24,000 bases of DNA. It comes from Candidatus Moraniibacteriota bacterium. Lineage in GTDB: Bacteria > Patescibacteriota > Minisyncoccia > Moranbacterales > UBA2206. The translations under genes were made by a program, and so were the position numbers. Positions within the stretch are counted from its first letter, which is position 1, and each line of letters begins with the position of its first letter. Under the pieces are notes generated by a model. That model was not told the DNA's origin. It made no database searches and saw only the letters and a program-made list of their open reading frames with translations. Below are positions 1-8,790 of the stretch, in pieces. The stretch is taken from positions 1,051-25,050 of the forward strand of contig JBAXKA010000010.1 of NCBI GenBank assembly GCA_037137555.1, read 5' to 3'.

Positions 1-484
1 AAATAAAATCGGCTGAGTACATCAACGGCGAAGGTTTGGTTCCATTGAAAATATCAGAGATAATCACATCGAATTTTCTTTTTTGAGAAACAAGCGCTTC
101 TAGGGCAATTTTAGCATCAGTCATAATCAGTTCAGGAAAATATTTCAATTTATCCGCCATAATTCGCTTTGCAATATTTGCCATAATCGGATCATGTTCA
201 ATCGCAATGATATGTGCGAGAGGAAATTTTTTTCGCACTTCAGCAATGCCTCCACCACCACCCAAACCAAGCATTAAAACTGTTTTTATTTTATGCTCTG
301 GATGAATTCGCTTGAGCATTTTTCGCCACAATGCTGTTACATACCAACCAGATTGAAAACAACCACCAGCAATAACTTCGTAAGCCCCAAAAAATTTTCT
401 CACTTTAATAAGACCATTCTGAGGAGAAAAAATATGTTCTGTGAAAAAGTAGGTTTGCCAAATTTTTTTGAGCTGATTAAGCAT
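1..484 (-). CDS. Class I SAM-methyltransferase-fold protein, spermidine-synthase-like (N-terminal part; gene runs off the window)
   Basis: Absent from the ORF track because no stop lies inside the window. Reverse-strand ATG at 484..482 reads MLNQLKKIWQTYFF...IKTVLMLGLGGGGGIAEVRKKFP...IIAIEHDP...FDVIISD. This shows a Gly-rich SAM loop followed by acidic beta-strand ends. It starts 15 nt after the stop of the upstream GT4 gene on the same strand. Confidence 0.55.
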   Translation of the reverse strand, partial: MLNQLKKIWQTYFFTEHIFSPQNGLIKVRKFFGAYEVIAGGCFQSGWYVTALWRKMLKRIHPEHKIKTVLMLGLGGGGGIAEVRKKFPLAHIIAIEHDPIMANIAKRIMADKLKYFPELIMTDAKIALEALVSQKRKFDVIISDIFNGTKPSPLMYSADFI

Positions 485-499
485 AATTTATTTTTGTTA

Positions 500-1660
500 T
501 TAAAACATTTCGCTAAGTGTTTTTTCTGCTGTTTTTTCCCACGAAAAATCCATGGCTCTTTCTAGACCAAATTTAATTAATTTTTCTCGCAATAATTTAT
601 CTGCCAGTATTTGTTGCATAGCTTCCAGAATTTCCCCTGGTCGATGCGGATCAATAAGTATGGCGCAATCGGCGCAAATTTCCGGTAGAGAAGAATTATT
701 TGATGCAATTACTGGCACGCCACAACGCATAGCTTCAAGTGGTGGAAAACCAAAACCTTCAAAAAATGATGGGTATACAAAAAGGGCTGAAAGATTATAG
801 ACATAAACTTTATCTTCATCAGCAATAAAACCCGGTAAAATTATTTTTTCCTTGAATTTTGAATTTTTTATTGCCGTTAAAATATCCAGACTTAGCCAAC
901 CAGAAGATCCCGCAATGACTAATTTATATTTTAAAAGTTCTTCATTTTTTTGAGCAAGCGCTGTTTCTTGTAATGCATTATAGGCTTTAATTATGCCTAA
1001 GATATTTTTTCTTGGTTCGATTGTGCCGAGAAAAAGAATAAACTTAAACGGCAAATGATATTTTTCTTTTACTTCGATCAATTTTCTATCGTTACGATCA
1101 AGTACTTGAAAATTTTCAGAAATTGCACTTGGAATAACTGTTATTTTCTCCGTATTTATTTTATACAAGCTAGCGACATCATTTGCTGTAGATTGTGAAA
1201 CGGCCACAATGCAATCAGCTCTTTGGCAAATTTTTTTAGCATTAACGAAAATATGCCAAAACCGTCTTTTCCAGGAAAAATATTCCGGGTATCTTTCAAA
1301 TGATAAGTCATGTATTGTTGTGATTACTTTGACATCACTACCCACTGCACCAAAAATAATATTCGGAAAAAAAACAATCTCCGCTCCTCCGACTAATTTG
1401 TCAATTTTAGGCCAACCAAAATACCAAAAAGAAAAATTTAAAAGTTTATTTGGTATGCGAATTTTTTTTAATTTAACATTAGGATATTTGGCAAATAACG
1501 CAAAATCAAAACTCGACTCACGCCAAGCACTGAAAAACAAAATATATTCATTTTTTTTGTCGAACGCAAACAGATTTAATAAAAGTCCCAGAGTATATTC
1601 TTCCACGCCAGTTCTTCTTCCTTCTGAAAGACATCGCACATCCACACAGATTTTTGCCAT
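500..1660 (-). CDS. Glycosyltransferase, family 4 (GT-B, group 1)
   Basis: 386-aa ORF. The C-terminal EGFGFPPLEAMRCGVPVIASNNSSLPEI is the typical GT1/GT4 nucleotide-sugar binding motif. Confidence 0.85.
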   Translation of the reverse strand: MAKICVDVRCLSEGRRTGVEEYTLGLLLNLFAFDKKNEYILFFSAWRESSFDFALFAKYPNVKLKKIRIPNKLLNFSFWYFGWPKIDKLVGGAEIVFFPNIIFGAVGSDVKVITTIHDLSFERYPEYFSWKRRFWHIFVNAKKICQRADCIVAVSQSTANDVASLYKINTEKITVIPSAISENFQVLDRNDRKLIEVKEKYHLPFKFILFLGTIEPRKNILGIIKAYNALQETALAQKNEELLKYKLVIAGSSGWLSLDILTAIKNSKFKEKIILPGFIADEDKVYVYNLSALFVYPSFFEGFGFPPLEAMRCGVPVIASNNSSLPEICADCAILIDPHRPGEILEAMQQILADKLLREKLIKFGLERAMDFSWEKTAEKTLSEMF

Positions 1661-1669
1661 TGTATTTTC

Positions 1670-2278
1670 TTATTGCCAATAATGCCGAAATAATACTACC
1701 CAGAATCCCAAAAATAAACCCAGTGTCAGTGAAACAAGAAAGATAATTCCCATATCTGGATTATTTTTCATAATCACTGGATCATCTGTTTTAATTTCAA
1801 ACCAAGTGTTTTCTTTTTGATCTTCATTTAATTGATTAATATTTTTTTTCAAAACCACGGGAATAGCCAAGGCTAATTTTTCGGCTGTTTTTTTATCTGG
1901 TGCAGAAAATTTTACGGAAACAATTTGTGCTGACAATTTGTCCGCTTGAAAAACTTTTGTTAGTTGTTTTAAATTTAAATTTTCTATATTAGTTATTTCG
2001 GCTTCTTTATTTATATCAAAAACAACGCGTGGACTTTTCAACCATTGCGTGATTGTCTCAGCAAATTTTTCATCTGCTTGCAGGCGATAAAAATTATCGT
2101 ACTTATATCCTTCAGAAATTTGATTACCGGCACGAGTAATATTCAAAAAAAGTGAGGTATCAAAAAAAACCGGACGAAAAATAAAATAAATAAAAATACT
2201 AGCAACGACCGCAATAATCACTGACAAAAAAAGCTTAAATTGTTTTTTGATTATTAAAAAATATTCTTTTAGTTCCAT
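1670..2278 (-). CDS. Wzz/CpsC-like polysaccharide chain-length determinant-like membrane protein
   Basis: 202 aa with one hydrophobic helix near each end (SVIIAVVASIFIYFIF and IIFLVSLTLGLFLGFWVVLF) around a soluble domain. This is PCP-like topology, and the gene sits between glycosyltransferase genes. No cognate tyrosine kinase was seen. Confidence 0.5.
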   Translation of the reverse strand: MELKEYFLIIKKQFKLFLSVIIAVVASIFIYFIFRPVFFDTSLFLNITRAGNQISEGYKYDNFYRLQADEKFAETITQWLKSPRVVFDINKEAEITNIENLNLKQLTKVFQADKLSAQIVSVKFSAPDKKTAEKLALAIPVVLKKNINQLNEDQKENTWFEIKTDDPVIMKNNPDMGIIFLVSLTLGLFLGFWVVLFRHYWQ

Positions 2279-2291
2279 ATTATTTTAGATT

Positions 2292-3398
2292 TTAAAAATT
2301 TTTAGTTAAATGTTTAGCTAGCTCTTCATCGATGTAATTTTTAATTTTTTCTTTAAAGATTTGTTTATCAAACTTTATGGCTTTTGCTCTGATATAATTT
2401 GAATCATAATCTTCGTCTTTAAATTTTTTAACCGCTTCAGCAATATCTTCCGCTGTTTGATTTTCAAAAAATATGCCAGTTTTTCCCTCCTCAATATGTT
2501 CCGGAATATCTCCACCACGATAAGCAATCACGGGACGGCCAGAAGCCATTGCTTCAATCGCCACAATACCAAAATCATCTTCTTGGGGGAATATAAAAGC
2601 CCGACAATGCGAAAAATGCTCAAACAATTCCTCGTCTGAAACTCTGCCAAGAAATTCGATATTTGGTCCAGCTATTTTTTTCAATCGTTTTAATTCTGGT
2701 CCACGACCTAATATTTTTAAGGGTAATTTTAATTTGTTAAAAGCTTGGATAGCAATATCGAAGCGTTTATAGGCCATGAATCTCCCAACCATTAAAAAAT
2801 AATCGCCCACTTTTCGACTGATGTGAAAATTAGCTAGCGTAATCGGCGGATTAATAACTAAGGCGTCTCTTTTATAATACTTTTTTATTCTTTTGGCAAT
2901 AAAATTAGAATTGGCAATAATTTTATCTGGGCGATCGGCGCTAAGTCTGTCCCAAACGCGAATATAATTCATGAAAAATGGCACCATTTTTTTGATAAAT
3001 ACTGGAAAATAAAAATCGGTTGTATATTTATGACAATCATCCCAAGCATAACGCATTGGAGTGTGCATATAACAAATATGCAATGTCTCTGGTCCAGTAA
3101 TAATTCCTTTGGCATAAGCGGAAGAATCTGAAAGCACAATATCATATTGCGAAAAATCAAACTGTTCAATCGCCATTGGCATAAGCGGCGGGAAAATACG
3201 ATGTCGTGTTGGTGCAAAAGGAATTTTTTGCAAAGAAGAAGTTATAATTTTTTTATCTTCAAAAGTGCCATGCATTAAAGCTTTATCATAAACAATTGTA
3301 TAGATTGGCGCATAAGGAAAAAGCTCGCAAAAACATTCCAACACTTTTTCTGCGCCTCCACATTGAACCAAATAATCATGAGCCAGAGCAATCCGCAT
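2292..3398 (-). CDS. Glycosyltransferase, family 4 (GT-B, group 1)
   Basis: 368 aa. N-terminus MRIALAHDYLVQCGGAEKV and C-terminal DDFGIVAIEAMASGRPVIAYRGGDIPE motif are typical of GT4 enzymes. Confidence 0.85.
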   Translation of the reverse strand: MRIALAHDYLVQCGGAEKVLECFCELFPYAPIYTIVYDKALMHGTFEDKKIITSSLQKIPFAPTRHRIFPPLMPMAIEQFDFSQYDIVLSDSSAYAKGIITGPETLHICYMHTPMRYAWDDCHKYTTDFYFPVFIKKMVPFFMNYIRVWDRLSADRPDKIIANSNFIAKRIKKYYKRDALVINPPITLANFHISRKVGDYFLMVGRFMAYKRFDIAIQAFNKLKLPLKILGRGPELKRLKKIAGPNIEFLGRVSDEELFEHFSHCRAFIFPQEDDFGIVAIEAMASGRPVIAYRGGDIPEHIEEGKTGIFFENQTAEDIAEAVKKFKDEDYDSNYIRAKAIKFDKQIFKEKIKNYIDEELAKHLTKNF

Positions 3399-3407
3399 TT
3401 TTTTTCT

Positions 3408-4823
3408 TTAAAGATTTCTTCGTTTAGAAAATAGCACACCAATAGTTTTCAAGCAAATAATAATATCCAGAAGCATTGACCAATTTTCGATATAATATAA
3501 ATCTAATTTATATTCATCTTCAAAATCCAAATCCGATCGACCAGATATTTGGGCCATACCGGAAACACCAGGCTTGATTGTTAATAAACGACGATGATAT
3601 TCCATGTATTTTTCAATTTCTCTTTCTTGATGCGGACGCGGACCGACCAAACTCATCGAACCAAATAAAACATTAAAAAATTGGGGCAATTCATCCAGCG
3701 AATATCTTTCAATAAAATTTCCCACTCGAGTTTTTCTTGGATCAGCTTTAATTTTATAGAGCGGACCGCGTCTGACACTTTGCGTTTCAATTAGTTTTTT
3801 TTCATACACAAGGGCATCTTGCAACTTGGGATTATTTTTAGAAATACAAAATTCATTTTTGAAATAACGAAATTTATAGACAAAAAATTTCTCTCCGTTA
3901 CTGCCGATTCTTTCGTTTTTATAAATTATTGATCCTCGACTGTCAATTTTAATTGCCAAGGCAGTTAGAAGCATTATAGGCGAAGTTATAATGATTCCCA
4001 CGAGCGATGCAATAATATCGAAAATTCGCTTTGTAATTTGACCCCAACCGTCCAAGGGAGTATTTTTCACTTCGATTAGTGGTTCGCCATTCAACATTCC
4101 AATTTCAAACTTAAAAGTTTGCAATCCAGTTGGAATATATTTATACACCACATTATGAATCGTACAATAATCAATCAATTTTTCCTGATCGTCATCAGTA
4201 ATAGAAGATTCACAAAGAATAATTTCATCAATGCCTCGTTGTTCCTTGATCGATTTAATCACTTTGAGATGTGCAGTGTCAATTTGATCAATTACTTTAT
4301 AGCCAAGATTTTTATTTTCCTTGATCGTTCGTGAAATTATATTCATCTTGGAATTTTTGCCAATCAAAAGAACACGATGCACGCCAATTTCTCGATTTCG
4401 CAATAGCCATTTTTGCACTAATTGCAAAAGATATCTTGCCAAGACAACATAAGTTGTAGCCAAAAGCCAAGCGGCTAAAATAATAAAACGAGAAGAGAAC
4501 CATTCTCGTTTTAAAAATATAGCGACAATAATAATAACCAGCCCGATAGAAGTTGCTCCAAAAATTTTTAAGGCTTCTTTCCAAAATTTTCTGGTTGAGC
4601 GAATTGAATAAAGATTTTCAAAAGCATAAATTAAAATAAACAACGGAGCAACCATGAAAACTATTTTCAAATAAGCATCAAAGGCAAAAGAATATAGTAA
4701 CGGTTTGAGCTGAATAATACTAGGAACATTACGCACAGAAAAAGCGGTCAAAGCCGCTAAAACTATCATAGCAAAATCAACCGGAACTTGAATCGCACTA
4801 AAAAATAATTCGGATTTTTTCAT
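3408..4823 (-). CDS. Polyprenyl-phosphate sugar-1-phosphate transferase (WbaP/PglB-type bacterial sugar transferase), initiating enzyme
   Basis: 471 aa with an N-terminal multi-TM region. The C-terminal catalytic domain carries RIGSNGEKFFVYKFR, DELPQFFNVLFGSMSLVGPRP and KPGVSGMAQISGR motifs. Confidence 0.9.
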   Translation of the reverse strand: MKKSELFFSAIQVPVDFAMIVLAALTAFSVRNVPSIIQLKPLLYSFAFDAYLKIVFMVAPLFILIYAFENLYSIRSTRKFWKEALKIFGATSIGLVIIIVAIFLKREWFSSRFIILAAWLLATTYVVLARYLLQLVQKWLLRNREIGVHRVLLIGKNSKMNIISRTIKENKNLGYKVIDQIDTAHLKVIKSIKEQRGIDEIILCESSITDDDQEKLIDYCTIHNVVYKYIPTGLQTFKFEIGMLNGEPLIEVKNTPLDGWGQITKRIFDIIASLVGIIITSPIMLLTALAIKIDSRGSIIYKNERIGSNGEKFFVYKFRYFKNEFCISKNNPKLQDALVYEKKLIETQSVRRGPLYKIKADPRKTRVGNFIERYSLDELPQFFNVLFGSMSLVGPRPHQEREIEKYMEYHRRLLTIKPGVSGMAQISGRSDLDFEDEYKLDLYYIENWSMLLDIIICLKTIGVLFSKRRNL

Positions 4824-4847
4824 AGTTTATTTTTATCAATCAATCAT

Positions 4848-5253
4848 TTATCAAAGCAAATCTATAAGCCGGATTCTGTATTATGTAATAATTTATCTAG
4901 CCTTAGCATTACTGCTACGGTCAAGCGGCACTTCCCAATTTACATCAGGACACGGCCTTGCATTTAGATAAGGATTTAGCCGTTTCACCCTTCGACTTCG
5001 CTCAGGGCGAGCCCTGTCTCCATGGCGAACCATGTCTTCAGTGCAAGCCTTGTCTTATGTCGAAGATTTATCCCAAATACTTATTTGGGATACTTTTATT
5101 ATTGCTAATAAAAGCGTCTCTGCTCGCACCTCGCGGATTACTCCGTATGGGTGTTACCCATTACCTTTTCTCGATTGCTCGAGATAAATGTCCGGACTTT
5201 CCTCTCTCGCTCATTAAAATAAACAAGAGTAATTACTCAATTTGCTTTGATAA
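4848..5253 (-). ncRNA. rnpB: RNase P RNA, bacterial type A
   Basis: The reverse strand contains GAGGAAAGUCCGGAC (CR-I), AAGGGUGAAACGGC, CUAGAUAAAU and ACAGAAUCCGGCUUAUAG (CR-V). The P1 pairing is UUAUCAAAGCAAAU (5' end) with AUUUGCUUUGAUAA (3' end). It is a GC-rich island in AT-rich DNA. Ends are approximate, within about 5 nt. Confidence 0.9.
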
Positions 5254-5275
5254 ATAACTATTTTCTTACATCATC

Positions 5276-5304
5276 ATATTAACATTATCTAGTGGACTTG
5301 TAAA
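5276..5304 (-). promoter_or_regulatory. Candidate sigma70-type promoter for rnpB
   Basis: Reverse strand TTTACA, 17 nt spacer, TAATAT. The predicted start is about 15 nt upstream of the P1 helix. Confidence 0.4.
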
Positions 5305-5323
5305 GATTGCTAGTTTAAAAAAA

Positions 5324-5352
5324 TTGACGCCACCACCTAAACTAACTATACT
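5324..5352 (+). promoter_or_regulatory. Candidate sigma70-type promoter for thrS
   Basis: TTGACG (5324-5329), 17-nt spacer, TATACT (5347-5352), 27 nt before the thrS ATG. It is divergent from the rnpB promoter. Confidence 0.5.
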
Positions 5353-5379
5353 ATAAATAGTTAATTAAACTTCAAATTT

Positions 5380-7194
5380 ATGTCAATTGAAAAACAAGGT
5401 GAAAACTTAGAAATTATCCGCCATTCAACTTCGCATGTTTTGGCGACAGCCATTTTGGAAATGTTTCCCGAGGCAAAGTTTGCCATCGGTCCAGCCATTG
5501 AAAATGGTTTTTACTATGACTTTGATTTGCCAAGAACTTTAATTCCAGAAGATCTCTTGATTTTGGAAGAAAAAATGCGAGCAATCATCAAAGCTAATCA
5601 TCAATTTGAAAAAGCGGAAATTTCCATCGCCGAAGCGAGAACGGATTTTTCGAAACTCGGACAATACTACAAACTTGAATTAATTAATGATCTAGCTGAA
5701 GCTGGCAACACAAAAGTTTCTATTTACAAATCAGGCGCATTTGTTGATTTATGTTCTGGACCACATCTAGATTCGACTGGCGAAATTCCATTTGATGGAT
5801 TTAAGCTGACGAAAATTTCTGGTGCTTATTGGCGTGGAGATGAAAAAAATAAACAACTACAAAGAATTTATGGCGTCGCCTTTGCAAATAAAGCTGACTT
5901 AAAAAATTATCTATTCATGCTCGAAGAAGCCGAAAAAAGAGACCACAGAAAAATTGGGAAAGAATTAGATCTATTTCATATTGATGAAAAGGTTGGTATT
6001 GGTTTGCCCTTGTGGCATCCCAAGGGAGCTTTGCTTTGGAGAATAGTTGAAGATTATTGGTATAGCGAACATCTCAAAAATGGCTACGATCTTGTTCGCT
6101 CGCCCCATATTGGAAACCGAACTCTTTGGGAAACTTCTGGTCACTGGGGATTTTATAACGCCAGCATGTATCCCTCAATGGAAATTGGTCAAACATTGGA
6201 AGATAAACAAAATAATATTAAACCAAAAGAACCTGAAGAATTTTTATTAAAACCCATGAACTGTCCCTTTCATGTTCAAATTTATAAAAATAATCTAAAA
6301 TCTTATCGCGAACTTCCGCTCAGATGGGCTGAATGTGGAACAGTTTATCGCTATGAAAAGAAAGGTGAACTTTCCGGCTTAACTCGTGTTCGTGGTTTCA
6401 CACAAGATGATGCTCATATTTTTTGTCGTAGCGATCAAGTTGAAGATGAATTAAAAAAAGTTGTTGATTTTATTTTATTTATCTTTAAATCTTTTGGATT
6501 TGATACTAATTTAATCAATGTATATCTCTCACTTCGTGATCCGAAAAATAAAGAAAAATATGCAGGCAACGATCAAGGCTGGGAATTTACACAAAACATA
6601 TTGCGAAAAGTTGCCATTGAAAAGAAATTAAACTTCACAGAAGAAGAAGGCGAGGCTGCTTTTTATGGACCAAAATTAGATTTTAAATTAAAAGATGTTT
6701 TAGGTAGAGAATGGCAATGCTCGACATTGCAGTTTGATTTTAATCTTCCTGAAAGATTCGATATGACTTTCATAAATAACACAGGCGCAGAAGAAAGACC
6801 GTATGTTTTGCATCGAGCATTATTTGGATCGTTTGAAAGATTTTTAGCACTTCTCATTGAACACTACGCTGGGGCATTTCCCACTTGGCTCTCCCCTGTT
6901 CAAATAATGATCATTCCTATTGGTGAAAAATTTAATGCTTATGCTGAATTGATAAAAACACAATTTATTGCCTCTGCTATTCGCATCTCAATTGATGATT
7001 CCAACGAATCACTTGGCAAAAGAATTCGCAACGCCGAAAAACAAAAAATTCCCTATATTTTAGTTGTCGGAGAGAAAGAAGAAACTGATCGCACAGTTGC
7101 TGTTCGCAAAAGAGGCGAAGAAAAAAAGCAAGAGATCCTAGAAGTAGAAAAATTTCTAGAAAAAATCAAAAAAGAAATCAACGAAAAAGCCTAA
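5380..7194 (+). CDS. thrS: Threonyl-tRNA synthetase (no N-terminal TGS domain)
   Basis: 604 aa. It has IIRHSTSHVLA (editing-domain HxxxH), KRDHRKIGKELDLF, RVRGFTQDDAHIFC and the FYGPKLDF class II motifs, plus a C-terminal anticodon-binding domain. Confidence 0.97.
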   Translation: MSIEKQGENLEIIRHSTSHVLATAILEMFPEAKFAIGPAIENGFYYDFDLPRTLIPEDLLILEEKMRAIIKANHQFEKAEISIAEARTDFSKLGQYYKLELINDLAEAGNTKVSIYKSGAFVDLCSGPHLDSTGEIPFDGFKLTKISGAYWRGDEKNKQLQRIYGVAFANKADLKNYLFMLEEAEKRDHRKIGKELDLFHIDEKVGIGLPLWHPKGALLWRIVEDYWYSEHLKNGYDLVRSPHIGNRTLWETSGHWGFYNASMYPSMEIGQTLEDKQNNIKPKEPEEFLLKPMNCPFHVQIYKNNLKSYRELPLRWAECGTVYRYEKKGELSGLTRVRGFTQDDAHIFCRSDQVEDELKKVVDFILFIFKSFGFDTNLINVYLSLRDPKNKEKYAGNDQGWEFTQNILRKVAIEKKLNFTEEEGEAAFYGPKLDFKLKDVLGREWQCSTLQFDFNLPERFDMTFINNTGAEERPYVLHRALFGSFERFLALLIEHYAGAFPTWLSPVQIMIIPIGEKFNAYAELIKTQFIASAIRISIDDSNESLGKRIRNAEKQKIPYILVVGEKEETDRTVAVRKRGEEKKQEILEVEKFLEKIKKEINEKA

Positions 7195-7273
7195 CCCAAT
7201 CATCTGCGTCAATTTGACACTATACGCTAATCCGTGCTAGCTTTATCTAGTTACTAATATATTATTCAACCCT

Positions 7274-7561
7274 ATGAAAAAAGACATTCATCCTAAATAT
7301 TTCTCAGATGCAAAAATCCTTTGTGCTTGTGGCAATATAGTTAAAGCAGGATCGACCATCCAGGAAATGAAAGTGGAAATTTGTTCTGCTTGCCACCCAT
7401 TTTATACTGGAAAAAAGAAATCTATGGACACAGCTGGTCGCGTTGATCGTTTCAAGAAAATAACGGAAAAGAAAATTGTTGCCAAGCCAAAAAAAGAACG
7501 CATCAGAACGCCAAAAGCGGAAACGAAAAAAGTTATTTCTAAGAAGAAATTAAAGAAATAA
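7274..7561 (+). CDS. rpmE: 50S ribosomal protein L31 with Lys-rich C-terminal tail
   Basis: MKKDIHPKY...CACG...[11 protein letters not shown]...GRVDRFKK is canonical L31 with the Zn-ribbon cysteines. About 25 extra K-rich residues follow at the C-terminus. Confidence 0.95.
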   Translation: MKKDIHPKYFSDAKILCACGNIVKAGSTIQEMKVEICSACHPFYTGKKKSMDTAGRVDRFKKITEKKIVAKPKKERIRTPKAETKKVISKKKLKK

Positions 7562-7575
7562 TCCAACTTGAATAT

Positions 7576-7602
7576 AAAAAAACTCCCGGGTGGGAGTTTT
7601 TT
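7576..7602. terminator. Bidirectional intrinsic terminator between convergent rpmE and lipoprotein genes
   Basis: AAAAAACUCCC-GGGU-GGGAGUUUUUU. The ACTCCC/GGGAGT stem (7582-7587/7592-7597) has a 4-nt loop, an A-tract upstream and a T-tract downstream. Confidence 0.7.
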
Positions 7603-7642
7603 GTTTGCCAGAAATTTATTCTTTATTATTTTTTTAGCAAAT

Positions 7643-8242
7643 TTATTCTCGATAAAAACTGACTTCATCGAGTTTTATACTATTAAGTATATCCCCATCT
7701 ATTTGACAATCAAACAGGCATGCAGGCTGAAGACTAAAGGAAAATAAGATTCCTAGATTTTGTGAGAATGCTGCGAAGGTGCGAAAATTTTTAAGCTCGG
7801 CGATTTTAACATCTGGATTCACCTTATCAGTTGTCCATAAAATGCGACCAGTTAATTTATATTTGTTTTTTAAATATTTTTCTGCACCTTCCTGACCAAC
7901 TCCGTCTAAATAGCTAATCGAAAACATTGGCTCGATATATTCCTCCTTAGTGCCTTGATTTTGAGCTTGGCTAATAGAAATATCATCACCATTTCTTGTC
8001 ACATACAAGTTGCGACAATCTTTATTATCAAAACACCATTGGGTTGGATACTTAAAAGATAGGGCATCCCCGTTGAATGAAAAATTTTTCCATTCAGTAG
8101 TTTTATTATCTGATTTATTTAAACCTTGTTGCACCACAGGAGCTGGCGTTGTTACTCGCGTTTGACTCACTGACTGTTGACCACACCCAGCCAAAAAAAC
8201 TACTGCAAACAATACTAAACTCATTGCTAATATTTTTTTCAT
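7643..8242 (-). CDS. Hypothetical lipoprotein
   Basis: 199 aa. The signal peptide ends in the lipobox LAGC (MKKILAMSLVLFAVVFLAGCGQQ). I recognise no other domain. Confidence 0.7.
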   Translation of the reverse strand: MKKILAMSLVLFAVVFLAGCGQQSVSQTRVTTPAPVVQQGLNKSDNKTTEWKNFSFNGDALSFKYPTQWCFDNKDCRNLYVTRNGDDISISQAQNQGTKEEYIEPMFSISYLDGVGQEGAEKYLKNKYKLTGRILWTTDKVNPDVKIAELKNFRTFAAFSQNLGILFSFSLQPACLFDCQIDGDILNSIKLDEVSFYRE

Positions 8243-8244
8243 AA

Positions 8245-8595
8245 TTATTTTTTAGATTTTATCTTTTTAATTATCCAACCGATTGTTGCACCATATATAA
8301 CACAGCTTATAATTGTTGACATTGCTAAAACTAATACAACGATTCCAAATAAAGTTTCGTTATCTCCGCTTATACTAATAAATTTCTTCTCGAAAAGCCA
8401 TCCTATCGGAAAATAAATAGGCCAATTTAATATCTGTGAAAAACTATCAATTTTAAATGGCAAATCATAAGGATCATATGGAAAAGCATTAGCTAAAATA
8501 CCTGGGATAATAGCTAACAATATTCCAAATAATCCTCCAATTATACTTCCTTTTATCCAATAAGGTTTTAAATTCCACCAATCTTTAAATATCAT
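8245..8595 (-). CDS. Hypothetical small integral membrane protein
   Basis: 116 aa with about three hydrophobic helices and a basic C-terminal tail (KKIKSKK). Its stop lies 2 nt before the lipoprotein start, which suggests translational coupling. Confidence 0.6.
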   Translation of the reverse strand: MIFKDWWNLKPYWIKGSIIGGLFGILLAIIPGILANAFPYDPYDLPFKIDSFSQILNWPIYFPIGWLFEKKFISISGDNETLFGIVVLVLAMSTIISCVIYGATIGWIIKKIKSKK

Positions 8596-8661
8596 AATTA
8601 TAAATTAATAAATAAACTATACAACAAATATAGCACATGTTTTATGAACCTACAAATAGAC

Positions 8662-8790
8662 TCAGAGAATTTTAATTATTTTTAAGATTTGCTTTTTAAG
8701 TTTTGGGATGTCTTTTTTAACAATTATCCAGACAAGTTCCATATCCACACCAAAATATTCATGAATTAAAACATCTCGCAATCCTGCCAT
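8662..8790 (-). pseudogene. Truncated HepT (DUF86/HEPN) toxin remnant; only the C-terminal ~40 aa are retained
   Basis: Not in the ORF track. The reverse strand reads (NWKK)MAGLRDVLIHEYFGVDMELVWIIVKKDIPKLKKQILKIIKIL*. This contains the HEPN R-x4-H-x-Y motif (RDVLIHEY). In-frame TGA and TAA stops lie immediately upstream, and the usual N-terminal ~70 aa are missing. Confidence 0.6.

Noticed and set aside
1209-1682. Long ORFs antisense to well-supported genes. These are 1209-1682, 552-800, 9336-9557, 10467-10784, 11279-11674, 15993-16286, 16974-17408, 17086-17301, 19676-19921, 21218-21544 and 22357-22611.
   Set aside because: Each is fully embedded opposite a conserved, motif-bearing gene. Their composition is low-complexity, rich in Phe/Ile/Asn/Lys or Ser/Pro, and they carry no recognisable motifs. 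I treat them as shadow ORFs.
4958-5257. 99-aa plus-strand ORF with a GEPCL repeat
   Set aside because: It lies entirely antisense within the RNase P RNA gene. Its open frame and repeats follow from the GC-rich structured RNA and the 18-nt tandem units. It has no credible start context.
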